Shown: in pieces, positions 30,962-38,890 of the stretch
Numbering within the stretch: position 1 is the stretch's first letter
Layout of the letters: the number at the start of each line of letters is the position of its first letter
IMG/VR virus record: IMGVR_UViG_3300018083_000059
Location: 1 to 42,521 of that record
Length of the DNA: 42,521 nucleotides
DNA from: a virus
Direction: 5' to 3' (one strand)
Notes under the pieces: generated by a model
Database searches by the model: none
What the model was told of the DNA's origin: nothing
The model's input: the letters and a program-made list of their open reading frames with translations, nothing else
Made by a program: the position numbers and the translations under genes

Positions 30962-32488
30962 ATGACCGAGGACGAGCGGCTGTCGATCAAGCAGCGGCTC
31001 AAGGACGACTTCGCCCACTACGCCGCCCGCTGCCTCACCATCCGGGCCAAGGACGGTGCGCTCCAGCATCTCGATTTGAACCGGGCTCAAAAGCATATCC
31101 ACAAGCGCCTGGAGGCCCAGAAGGACCGTACCGGCAAGGTGCGTGCGCTCGTCCTCAAGGGTCGGCAGCAGGGTGTGTCGACGCTGATCGGGGCCCGCTT
31201 CTATCACGCGGTCACCCACCTCACGGGGCGTCGGGTGTTTATTCTGACGCATGAGGATGCGGCGACCGCCAACCTGTTCGAGATGGTCCAGCGGTTTCAC
31301 GACAACCTGCCGCCGGCGATCAAGCCCGAGACCGGCGCCGCCAACGCCAAGGAGCTGGCGTTCTCGTCGCTCGATAGCGGCTACAAGGTCGGCACGGCTG
31401 GCACCAAGGGCGTTGGGCGAAGCTCGACGATCCAGTTCTTTCATGCGTCGGAATGCGCTTTCTGGCCACATGCCGAGACACATGAATCGGGCGTGTTGCA
31501 GGCGGTCCCCGACGAGCCCGGCACCGAGGTCATTCTTGAGAGCACCGCCAACGGCCTCGGCAACATGTTTCACCGCCGCTGGCGGGATGCCGAGCTCGGC
31601 GTCGGCGATTACCAGGCGATCTTCGTCCCCTGGTACTGGGATGATGGGTACGCTCGGGCTCCAGGCCCGCGGTTCGTCCTCGACGTTGAGGAGGCCGAGT
31701 ACGCCGAGGCTTACGGCCTGAGCGACGCGCAGATCGCCTGGCGCAGGGCGAAGATCATCGAGCTGAAATCGCCCGTTCTCTTCCGGCAGGAATACCCGGC
31801 GACCGCCGCCGAGGCGTTTCAGATGAGCGGCCACGACAGCTACATCGCCCCCGAGCTCGTCGCCAGGGCCCGGCATACGCGGGTCGAGCCGCACGGGCCC
31901 TTGGTCATCGGTTACGATCCGGCGTGGAAGGGCGACGACCGCTCGAGCATGGCTTGGCGGCGAGGCCGGTCGGTCTACCGCATCGAGAGCAAGCACGGCA
32001 TCGACACGATGCAGGGCGCCGGCTGGGCCAAGCAGGTGATTGACCGCGATCGCCCGAAGCGGATGTTCATCGACGTCGGCGGCATTGGCGCCGGGATCTA
32101 CGATCGCCTGTGCGAGATGGGCTATGACGAGGTCGTCCAGGCGGTGAACTTTGGTTCGTCGCCGCTCGAGCCGCAGCCTGAGGATGTTAATGGGATTCAA
32201 CGCGGCGGGCCGAGGAATCGCCGGGCCGAGATGTGGATGTGGCTGAAGGACTGGCTTGAAGATCCGGCCGGCGTCTCGATCCCTGACAGCGACAGCTTGC
32301 AGGCCGACATCTGCGGGCCTGGGTACAAGTGGGACAGCAACACGCGGCTGTTGCTGGAGAGCAAGGACGATATGAGACGTCGCGGGGTTCTGTCGCCGGA
32401 CGAGGGCGACGCGGTGGCGCTGACGTTCGCCGAGCCGGTGGCGCCGGAGCAGGCGTACACGCCGCCGGTCAGGGAATGGGTCGTGTGA
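30962..32488 (+). CDS. terL: Terminase large subunit
   Basis: 508 aa. Walker-A-like LVLKGRQQGVST. ATPase then nuclease halves. Lies directly after terS. Confidence 0.9.
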   Translation: MTEDERLSIKQRLKDDFAHYAARCLTIRAKDGALQHLDLNRAQKHIHKRLEAQKDRTGKVRALVLKGRQQGVSTLIGARFYHAVTHLTGRRVFILTHEDAATANLFEMVQRFHDNLPPAIKPETGAANAKELAFSSLDSGYKVGTAGTKGVGRSSTIQFFHASECAFWPHAETHESGVLQAVPDEPGTEVILESTANGLGNMFHRRWRDAELGVGDYQAIFVPWYWDDGYARAPGPRFVLDVEEAEYAEAYGLSDAQIAWRRAKIIELKSPVLFRQEYPATAAEAFQMSGHDSYIAPELVARARHTRVEPHGPLVIGYDPAWKGDDRSSMAWRRGRSVYRIESKHGIDTMQGAGWAKQVIDRDRPKRMFIDVGGIGAGIYDRLCEMGYDEVVQAVNFGSSPLEPQPEDVNGIQRGGPRNRRAEMWMWLKDWLEDPAGVSIPDSDSLQADICGPGYKWDSNTRLLLESKDDMRRRGVLSPDEGDAVALTFAEPVAPEQAYTPPVREWVV

Positions 32489-33348
32489 CCACGCGGCTCT
32501 TGGTTGGCGATTGCCGGCAGAAGCTCGCGGAACTGGCCGACGAGAGCGTCCACTGCATCGTTACGAGCCCTCCCTACTACGGGCTTCGGGATTATGGCGT
32601 CGACGGGCAGATCGGCCTTGAGGCGACGCCCGAGGCGTATGTCGCCGAACTGGTGGCGGTGTTCCGCGAATGCCGAAGGGTGCTGAGGAGCGACGGGACA
32701 CTTTGGTGCAATTTGGGCGACTCTTATGCGGCGAAGAACCTGATCGGCATTCCGTGGCTGGTGGCCTTCGCCCTCCGCGCCGATGGCTGGTGGCTGCGGC
32801 AGGACATCATCTGGGCCAAGCCGAACCCGATGCCGGAAAGTGTTCTTGACCGGTGTACGAAGAGCCACGAATACTTGTTCATGCTCTCCAAAAACAGCAG
32901 TTATTATTACGACAATGATGCAGTGAGAGAGCCTTATAGCGAAAAATCAATCGGCAGATATGAGTACGAATTTCAGGGCACTGCGCCGACGTGCAATCAG
33001 GTTGGAGGAGATGTCGGTCGTCGAGAACGTGAACGTGGCATTCGCCCACCTAACCCACTTGGGAGGAATCGTCGCTCTGTTTGGACCATAAATAGCGAGC
33101 CGTTTAACGACGCGCATTTCGCCACCTTTCCGCCGGCACTGGTCGAACCCTGCATCAAGGCGGGCAGCAGGGTTGGCGATACGATCTTGGACCCCTTCGC
33201 CGGCGCCGGCACCACCGGCCTTGTCGCCGATCGCCTCGGCCGCAACGCCGTACTGATCGAGCTGAACCCGGCCTATGCCGGGATGATGCGCGATCGCATC
33301 GTCAACGACGCGCCGCTGTTCGCTGAGGTCATGGACGCCGCCGAATGA
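32476..33348 (+). CDS. Beta-class N4-cytosine/N6-adenine DNA methyltransferase (N6_N4_Mtase family)
   Basis: CIVTSPPYYGLRDY (motif IV, SPPY) near the N-terminus and ILDPFAGAGTTGLVA (motif I) near the C-terminus. Start is the ATG at 32476 or the GTG at 32485. Confidence 0.85.
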   Translation: MGRVTTRLLVGDCRQKLAELADESVHCIVTSPPYYGLRDYGVDGQIGLEATPEAYVAELVAVFRECRRVLRSDGTLWCNLGDSYAAKNLIGIPWLVAFALRADGWWLRQDIIWAKPNPMPESVLDRCTKSHEYLFMLSKNSSYYYDNDAVREPYSEKSIGRYEYEFQGTAPTCNQVGGDVGRRERERGIRPPNPLGRNRRSVWTINSEPFNDAHFATFPPALVEPCIKAGSRVGDTILDPFAGAGTTGLVADRLGRNAVLIELNPAYAGMMRDRIVNDAPLFAEVMDAAE

Positions 33349-33578
33349 CCGGGATCACCTATCCGCCGGAGATGCTGCCGCGGCAGGAGGACGGCGACGG
33401 CGAGGTCTGGGTTGTACCGGCTGACGACAGCTTCGGATGCTGGCTGCTGGGCGTGTTGATCAAGCGGGAAATCGGAGTGCGGCGGGGATTTTACCTGCCG
33501 TGTTCACCCAAGGAACGGCGTCAGGCGGCCGAGGGGATGGTGCCGGCATGCGACCTCGATGCGCTTTGTTGTGATTAG
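33345..33578 (+). CDS. Hypothetical protein, Cys-rich C-terminus
   Basis: ATGA coupling to the MTase; 77 aa. Confidence 0.45.
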   Translation: MTGITYPPEMLPRQEDGDGEVWVVPADDSFGCWLLGVLIKREIGVRRGFYLPCSPKERRQAAEGMVPACDLDALCCD

Positions 33579-33795
33579 CGCGGTGATCGCCCTGGCCGGC
33601 TGCAACACGGTGGTGATCGACCAGTCGACGACCTTGCCAGATGCCGCGGGCCTGATCGAGGCCGACGCCCTCGATCGCGACCGGCTCCTGCAGCAGGGGC
33701 TTATCGACACCAACCGGAGGCTGGACAATCTGATGCGACGTGACGTGCGGGCGCGGCCGGCGATCCGGGCGCCTTTGGTCATCTTACCGAAATGA
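33559..33795 (+). CDS. Small lipoprotein (spanin-like candidate)
   Basis: MRFVVISAVIALAGC has a signal peptide with an L-A-G-C lipobox. 78 aa. Overlaps the upstream ORF by 20 nt. Confidence 0.55.
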   Translation: MRFVVISAVIALAGCNTVVIDQSTTLPDAAGLIEADALDRDRLLQQGLIDTNRRLDNLMRRDVRARPAIRAPLVILPK

Positions 33796-34154
33796 TGTCT
33801 CAGCTTTGCCGCGGCGGGAAGATCAGGAACTTCTGGCAGGACCGCCCGGTCCCGGCCGCCAAGTATAGGGTTCAGAGTCGGATACGTCGGTTGGCCGGGT
33901 ATCCCCAGACGATTTCTGACTGGTACGCCCGGCGACTTGAAGAGAACGGGCCGGCGACGAGAATGCGAAAGGACAAGCCGCATTTGGGATTTATGAAGTT
34001 CGGGCATATGCCCCGAAACTATCTGGGCTGGCGTTATTGGGGCCAAGTGTTCAAGGGCAAGGAGCGATGGAGCGGCGGCGTTCGGCCCCGCTCGACCGGT
34101 CCTAACTACTATCGGCGCCGGGTTCGGTCGCCGCGGGTGATCGTGGCGAAATGA
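33792..34154 (+). CDS. Hypothetical highly basic protein
   Basis: ATGA coupling. 120 aa, rich in R/K/W/Y, moderate GC3. Confidence 0.4.
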   Translation: MMSQLCRGGKIRNFWQDRPVPAAKYRVQSRIRRLAGYPQTISDWYARRLEENGPATRMRKDKPHLGFMKFGHMPRNYLGWRYWGQVFKGKERWSGGVRPRSTGPNYYRRRVRSPRVIVAK

Positions 34155-34239
34155 CTGTCACGCTACGTTTCAGCTTCAGGCGCGTTGAGTTAGGCGACGG
34201 CCGCAGGGGCGGCGCGTCGAACTATGAGGAAAACGACCC

Positions 34240-34446
34240 ATGTCGGATTATGGAAAACCACCGCAGGGCGGCAAAGCCACCCTCACCTTCGCCCAGCTCT
34301 CGGTCGAGGCCAAGGCGACCGCCCGTGACGCATGGAAGGCAGCCAACCCTGGCAAGCCCAACAAGACCGACCTTGAGATCGAGCAGGCGATCACCGCGGC
34401 CGGGGAGAAGTTTACCAAGGACGGCGATCCGGCCCCCGCCGCCTAG
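34240..34446 (+). CDS. Hypothetical protein
   Basis: GAGGAA SD 8 nt upstream; 68 aa. Confidence 0.55.
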   Translation: MSDYGKPPQGGKATLTFAQLSVEAKATARDAWKAANPGKPNKTDLEIEQAITAAGEKFTKDGDPAPAA

Positions 34447-34475
34447 CCTGCAGCAGCCAATGACCGGGCGGTGTC

Positions 34476-34495
34476 ATGCCTGACGCCGCCCGCCG
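34476..34495 (+). repeat. 20-bp direct repeat, copy 1 (ATGCCTGACGCCGCCCGCCG)
   Basis: Identical to 34681-34700. Confidence 0.9.
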
Positions 34496-34688
34496 TCTCG
34501 CGGTGCTCGAGGATGGGCTGAGGAAAATAAAGGAATTGAACTGGTCTACCGTGCATGGTGGACGCGAGCGTGACGTGAGAGAGCAGATTGATCGGCTTGT
34601 CTATGAACTTCTAAAGATGACCGCCGATGCTGGCGAGGGGGCACAGCCGCGAAACCTCCAAGCGCTTACTTGGCCTCCTTATGCCTGA
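34476..34688 (+). CDS. Hypothetical protein whose first 20 nt duplicate the portal gene start
   Basis: Starts ATGCCTGACGCCGCCCGCCG (MPDAARR), as does the portal gene. The centre is lower in GC. The stop overlaps the portal ATG region by 8 nt. Confidence 0.45.
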   Translation: MPDAARRLAVLEDGLRKIKELNWSTVHGGRERDVREQIDRLVYELLKMTADAGEGAQPRNLQALTWPPYA

Positions 34689-34700
34689 CGCCGCCCGCCG
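34681..34700 (+). repeat. 20-bp direct repeat, copy 2 (portal start)
   Basis: Identical to 34476-34495. Confidence 0.9.
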
Positions 34701-37035
34701 CCGCACCGAGGGCCTGACGGATCTGGACCTTGGGACGTTAGTCGACGGCGAGATCGAGGCCGCCCTCGACTTCGAATCCACCGACATCTCCGACAGCCGT
34801 GAGCGTGCCATCCAGTACGAGGACGGCGAGATGGCCGACACGCCCTCCGAAGCCGGGCGCTCGTCGGTGGTTTCCTACGACGTCCGCGACACCATCGACT
34901 GGATCATGCCGGGCCTGCTGCGGCTGTTCTTGGCGACCGACCAGGTCGTGATTTACCAGCCGACCCAGCCCGGCGATCTCGACAGCGCCAAGGACGCCAC
35001 CGATTACGTCAATTACAAGTTCCTGTGCGAGTGTGACGGCTTCAACGTCTTGCATGATGCTTTCCACGACGCCCTGCTTACTCGCAATGGTTACGTCAAG
35101 CATTGGTGGGAGGACTACGACGACAGTGAATCCGAGACGCATTACGGCCTGAGCGAGGACGAATACACGGCGATGGTCGAGCCCGACGATGTCGAGGTCG
35201 CCGAGCACACGCCTTATGAGGACACCGGCCTCCACGACGTGAAGATCACCCGGAGCAGGACCAAGGGCCGGCTGTGCATCATGGCGGTGCCGCCCGAGGA
35301 GATCCTGATAAACCGCGAGGCGATCGACTGGGGCCAGGGCAAGGGCCTCCGGTTCATCGCCCACCGCTGGACGACCAAGACCCGCTCCGATCTCGTCAAG
35401 GAGGGTTACGACCGCGATCTCATCGACGATCTCCCGAGCTACGACAACACCTCGACGCCCGAGGCTGACGCTCGTCGGGCCGACATCGCCAACTGGCGGT
35501 CAGATGCCGGCGACCGCAGTCAGGATCTGATCGAGGGTTACGAGTGCTATGTCCACTGCGACTACGACGGCGATGGAATAGCCGAGTGGCGTCGGGTCAT
35601 CCGGGCCGGCTCGTCGGGATCTCGGGTGCTGCTGGCGAATGAGGAATGGGACGATGAACTTCCCTTCTCCGACTTCCGGACAGGCCGAGTTCCGCACAAG
35701 TGGTCCGGACGATCGATTCACGATCTTCTGCAGGACATTCAGCGGATCAAAACGGTTCTGTGGCGGCAGAGCCTTGATAATCTTTATTTGCAGAACTACC
35801 CGCAGCGGGCAGCTGACCTCAGCCTGGTTCGCAACCCGCAGGAGCTCATCAACCCGACCCTCGGCGGCGTCGTCAACACCAAGGGCCCGCCGGCTGCGGT
35901 CATCCAGCCGCTTACGATACCCTTTGTGGCAAAGGAGAGCTTCGGCGCCCTGGAGGTGCTTGACGCGGTGATCGAGAAGCGGACGGGTGTGTCGCGGCAG
36001 ACCATGCAGCTCGACCCGGATGCGCTGCAGAACCAGACGGCGACCGCGGCGCAGCTGGCGCATAACGCCGCCTACAGCCGGATCGAGATGATCGGCCGGC
36101 TGCTGGCCGAGGGCGGGATGAAACGGTTCTTTCATTGTTTGCTGAAGCTGGTCGCCAAGTACCAGACCGAGCCGGACATGATCCGGCGCAAGGGCTCGTC
36201 TGCGCCGCCGCCCGTGCCCGGGATGCCGTCCGGTCTACCCTCGCAGGGTGCCGGCATTTCTGGCCCGCCAGGGATGGCGGCGCAGGCGGGACCAATGGCC
36301 ATTGGCGGGCCTCCCTCGCCAATGCCTCCAGGGGCGGCTCCTGGGCCTCCGGGTGCCCTTTCCGCCCCACCGGGGGCGCCACCGCCCGGCGGGCCGCCTC
36401 TGGGCTTGCCGGGGCCGCCTGGTGGCCAGGGCGCTCCACCTGACGCGGGCGCTCAACTGCCGTTCACGGCTGGTGCGGCCGGCTTCCAGGCGATGATGCC
36501 GTCGCAGTGGAACCCGAAGATGCAGGCGACCATCAACACCGGCCTCGGCACCGGGTCGAGGGAGAAGGATATGATGGTCAGCATGCAAATATTGAACGTT
36601 CAGAAGGAGATAGTCGCCAAGTATGGGTGGAACCCGCTGGTAACTCCTAAGAATGTTTACAACGCGCTGGCTAGGTTTACTGAGTCAGCAGGGGTCAAGG
36701 ACACCGACCTGTTTTTTGGCGAGATCGGCGAGGCCGAGAGCGCTCAGATGATGAACCAGCAGAAGAAAGACCCGAAGCAGGAGCAGGCCCAGCAGGAGCT
36801 CCAGATCAAGCAGATGGAAATGCAGGGCAAGCTCACGTTGCAGAAGATGAAGCAGGACGCCGACATCGAGCTGGACAAGCAGAAGGCGCAGCTTGAGGCC
36901 CAGCTCAAGATGCAGACCATGCAGGCTGATTTCAGCCTGAAGCAGCAGCAGATGGCGCAGGAGCAGATGTTCAGCGTGAGACAGCAGGCGGCGCAGACGC
37001 TGCAGCCGGTGCGGTTCGGCGGGGAGGTGGGATAA
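34681..37035 (+). CDS. Portal protein (P22-like, with C-terminal helical barrel-like tail)
   Basis: 784 aa. SVVSYDVRDTIDWIMPGLLRLF and the following conserved portal core. Q/K/M-rich C-terminal coiled coil. An in-frame ATG at 34627 is an alternative start. Confidence 0.85.
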   Translation: MPDAARRRTEGLTDLDLGTLVDGEIEAALDFESTDISDSRERAIQYEDGEMADTPSEAGRSSVVSYDVRDTIDWIMPGLLRLFLATDQVVIYQPTQPGDLDSAKDATDYVNYKFLCECDGFNVLHDAFHDALLTRNGYVKHWWEDYDDSESETHYGLSEDEYTAMVEPDDVEVAEHTPYEDTGLHDVKITRSRTKGRLCIMAVPPEEILINREAIDWGQGKGLRFIAHRWTTKTRSDLVKEGYDRDLIDDLPSYDNTSTPEADARRADIANWRSDAGDRSQDLIEGYECYVHCDYDGDGIAEWRRVIRAGSSGSRVLLANEEWDDELPFSDFRTGRVPHKWSGRSIHDLLQDIQRIKTVLWRQSLDNLYLQNYPQRAADLSLVRNPQELINPTLGGVVNTKGPPAAVIQPLTIPFVAKESFGALEVLDAVIEKRTGVSRQTMQLDPDALQNQTATAAQLAHNAAYSRIEMIGRLLAEGGMKRFFHCLLKLVAKYQTEPDMIRRKGSSAPPPVPGMPSGLPSQGAGISGPPGMAAQAGPMAIGGPPSPMPPGAAPGPPGALSAPPGAPPPGGPPLGLPGPPGGQGAPPDAGAQLPFTAGAAGFQAMMPSQWNPKMQATINTGLGTGSREKDMMVSMQILNVQKEIVAKYGWNPLVTPKNVYNALARFTESAGVKDTDLFFGEIGEAESAQMMNQQKKDPKQEQAQQELQIKQMEMQGKLTLQKMKQDADIELDKQKAQLEAQLKMQTMQADFSLKQQQMAQEQMFSVRQQAAQTLQPVRFGGEVG

Positions 37036-37340
37036 TGGCGAAACCGTTTCAGTCACATACGAGCAATTCGACGCTGTCGATCAGCGCCGGCACCGGCTCG
37101 ACCCGGATCGCGCTGACCGGTGGCGGCAGCTTCCGGGTCTACAATGCCGGCACCGGGGCGGCTTTCATCCAGTTCGGTAACTCGTCGGTCACGGCTTCGC
37201 TGGCCGGCGGCTTTCCGATTGCGCCGGGTTCGATCGAAGTCATCACGCCGCCGGTCTCGGCATCGAACTCGACGCATGTGGCGGCGATTACGTCGTCTGG
37301 CACCAGCATCGTCTACTTCACGGCCGGTGAGGGCATCTAG
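37035..37340 (+). CDS. Hypothetical small beta-rich protein
   Basis: TAATG coupling to the portal gene. 101 aa, S/T/G/A-rich. Confidence 0.5.
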   Translation: MAKPFQSHTSNSTLSISAGTGSTRIALTGGGSFRVYNAGTGAAFIQFGNSSVTASLAGGFPIAPGSIEVITPPVSASNSTHVAAITSSGTSIVYFTAGEGI

Positions 37341-37342
37341 CC

Positions 37343-38119
37343 ATGTTGCATTGGGGCGCCGGCCGCAGGTTCGTGCGGTGGGCGCCGAGCGGCACGCCGG
37401 CCGGCACTCTCATCGGGGCGATGACGCCGGCCCCGGATGCCACCCGGCAGACGCTTATCACATCGACCGTCGATTCGCTTATCGCGGCCGGCGTGTGGCC
37501 GAAGCTCGACATGTTCTTCATTACCGCCGCTCATGCGGCGCAGCCGGCTTTACTCGACTGGTGCAATCCCTATGCGATCGGGTTGATTGCGACGAACTCG
37601 CCGGCATTCGTCATCGACCGCGGCTATACCGGCGATGGGACGACGAGCGGGGTGCAGACCACCGGGCGCAATGTCTCGACGCTGACCAGCTTCCTGCAGG
37701 ACAGCGCCTCGATGTGGGCCTGGTCGCGGACGGACGGCACCGGGACCGGCGCCGATTTCGGCACTGTCGGCGCCAGCAATAGTTTCAGCATTATCCGCAG
37801 CGCCTCGAACAATAACACCCAGCGGCTCAACACCAACACGACGGCGAGCGTCGCCAATGCCGGTGCCATCGGGTTCTTCGGGATGACCCGGAACAACTCG
37901 GCCGATTTCCAACCCTACAAGAACGGTGCAGTGCTCGGCGGCGCTCTGGCTGCAGTCAGCGCGGCGCCTTTCGCCGGGCCCTTCAGCCTCTGCAAGGGGC
38001 AGGCGTCGTTTTCCGTCCGGCAGATGGCGGCCGGTGGCTGTGGCGGCTACCTGACGCCGACCGAGTGGCTGGCGCTCTACAACGCCGTCGCCGCGTACAT
38101 GACCGCCGTGGGGGCCTAG
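37343..38119 (+). CDS. Putative tail fiber/receptor-binding accessory protein (lectin/jelly-roll-like)
   Basis: The TLITSTVDSLIAAGVWPKLDMFFITAAH...LLDWCNP pattern recurs in phage fiber-like proteins. 258 aa. Confidence 0.35.
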   Translation: MLHWGAGRRFVRWAPSGTPAGTLIGAMTPAPDATRQTLITSTVDSLIAAGVWPKLDMFFITAAHAAQPALLDWCNPYAIGLIATNSPAFVIDRGYTGDGTTSGVQTTGRNVSTLTSFLQDSASMWAWSRTDGTGTGADFGTVGASNSFSIIRSASNNNTQRLNTNTTASVANAGAIGFFGMTRNNSADFQPYKNGAVLGGALAAVSAAPFAGPFSLCKGQASFSVRQMAAGGCGGYLTPTEWLALYNAVAAYMTAVGA

Positions 38120-38122
38120 CCA

Positions 38123-38413
38123 ATGACGATGATGATCATCCTCACCGAGGAAGAGGCAGCGCAAATTCGCGGACCCTCGGCGGTTGACCCACTCGCCGAG
38201 CTCGACCCGGTGCTGACGCCGGACGGGTTTCGCTACATGCTGCCGGTTGCTGTGCTCGACGATCCGGCCCACGCTGAGCATCACGATTTTCTCGCCGTCC
38301 TGCCGCAGGAGGACATCCCGCCGCCGGTGTATGAGGACGAGTCGGAAACCGAAATCGGTTTCGGCAAACCGAAATTGGTTTCGCGTCGGGGACGATCGGC
38401 CCCCGATGGATGA
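38123..38413 (+). CDS. Hypothetical acidic protein
   Basis: 96-aa ORF, coupled downstream by an ATGA overlap. Confidence 0.5.
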   Translation: MTMMIILTEEEAAQIRGPSAVDPLAELDPVLTPDGFRYMLPVAVLDDPAHAEHHDFLAVLPQEDIPPPVYEDESETEIGFGKPKLVSRRGRSAPDG

Positions 38414-38559
38414 CCACGCCGACACTGCTCGCCGTCACGGTTGTCTTGTTGCTTGGCGTTCCGGTCTGGCCCTGGAGCCGGAACTTCGGCTGGTACCCGA
38501 TCTTTGTTGCCGGCGCGGCGCTGGTCGTGCTGGAGCTTCTGTATCTCGTCCAATGGTGA
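38410..38559 (+). CDS. Small two-TM membrane protein (DUF3309-like), not in the supplied ORF track
   Basis: MTTPTLLAVTVVLLLGVPVWPWSRNFGWYPIFVAGAALVVLELLYLVQW. ATGA overlap with the upstream stop. 49 aa. Confidence 0.5.
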   Translation: MTTPTLLAVTVVLLLGVPVWPWSRNFGWYPIFVAGAALVVLELLYLVQW

Positions 38560-38563
38560 GGCC

Positions 38564-38890
38564 ATGATTCCGCTGCCGCTGGTCCGTGGCGATGAATGGC
38601 GCCTCGGGCCGGCAACGCTGAAGCAGAACGGCGAGCCAGTGCCTGACCCCGAGGCTTACGCCATCACTGGTCTGATCGCCTGGCCTGGCGGGTCGCTGCA
38701 ACTCACTGTCGGCAATGGACGGGTGTTTTTTGATGCCGAGACCGGAACCTGGGTGTTCATCGTCCAGGAGCAGGATAACCGGGTGGTGCCGCTCGGCCGG
38801 GTCGCCCGTTTGACTGCGGCGATGGTGGCCCCGGATGCGTTCACCACCACCAGCCAGTCGGTCACCCTCGAGATCAGGCAGACGCCATGA
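38564..38890 (+). CDS. Hypothetical protein (tail module)
   Basis: ATG at 38564 after GGTGAGG. 108 aa. ATGA coupled to the tailspike gene. Confidence 0.55.
   Translation: MIPLPLVRGDEWRLGPATLKQNGEPVPDPEAYAITGLIAWPGGSLQLTVGNGRVFFDAETGTWVFIVQEQDNRVVPLGRVARLTAAMVAPDAFTTTSQSVTLEIRQTP

Noticed and set aside
34151-34483. 110-aa plus-strand ORF overlapping the 68-aa gene.
   Set aside because: The product is Arg/Pro/Ser low complexity with no SD. The overlapping 34240..34446 frame has a GAGGAA SD and a normal composition.
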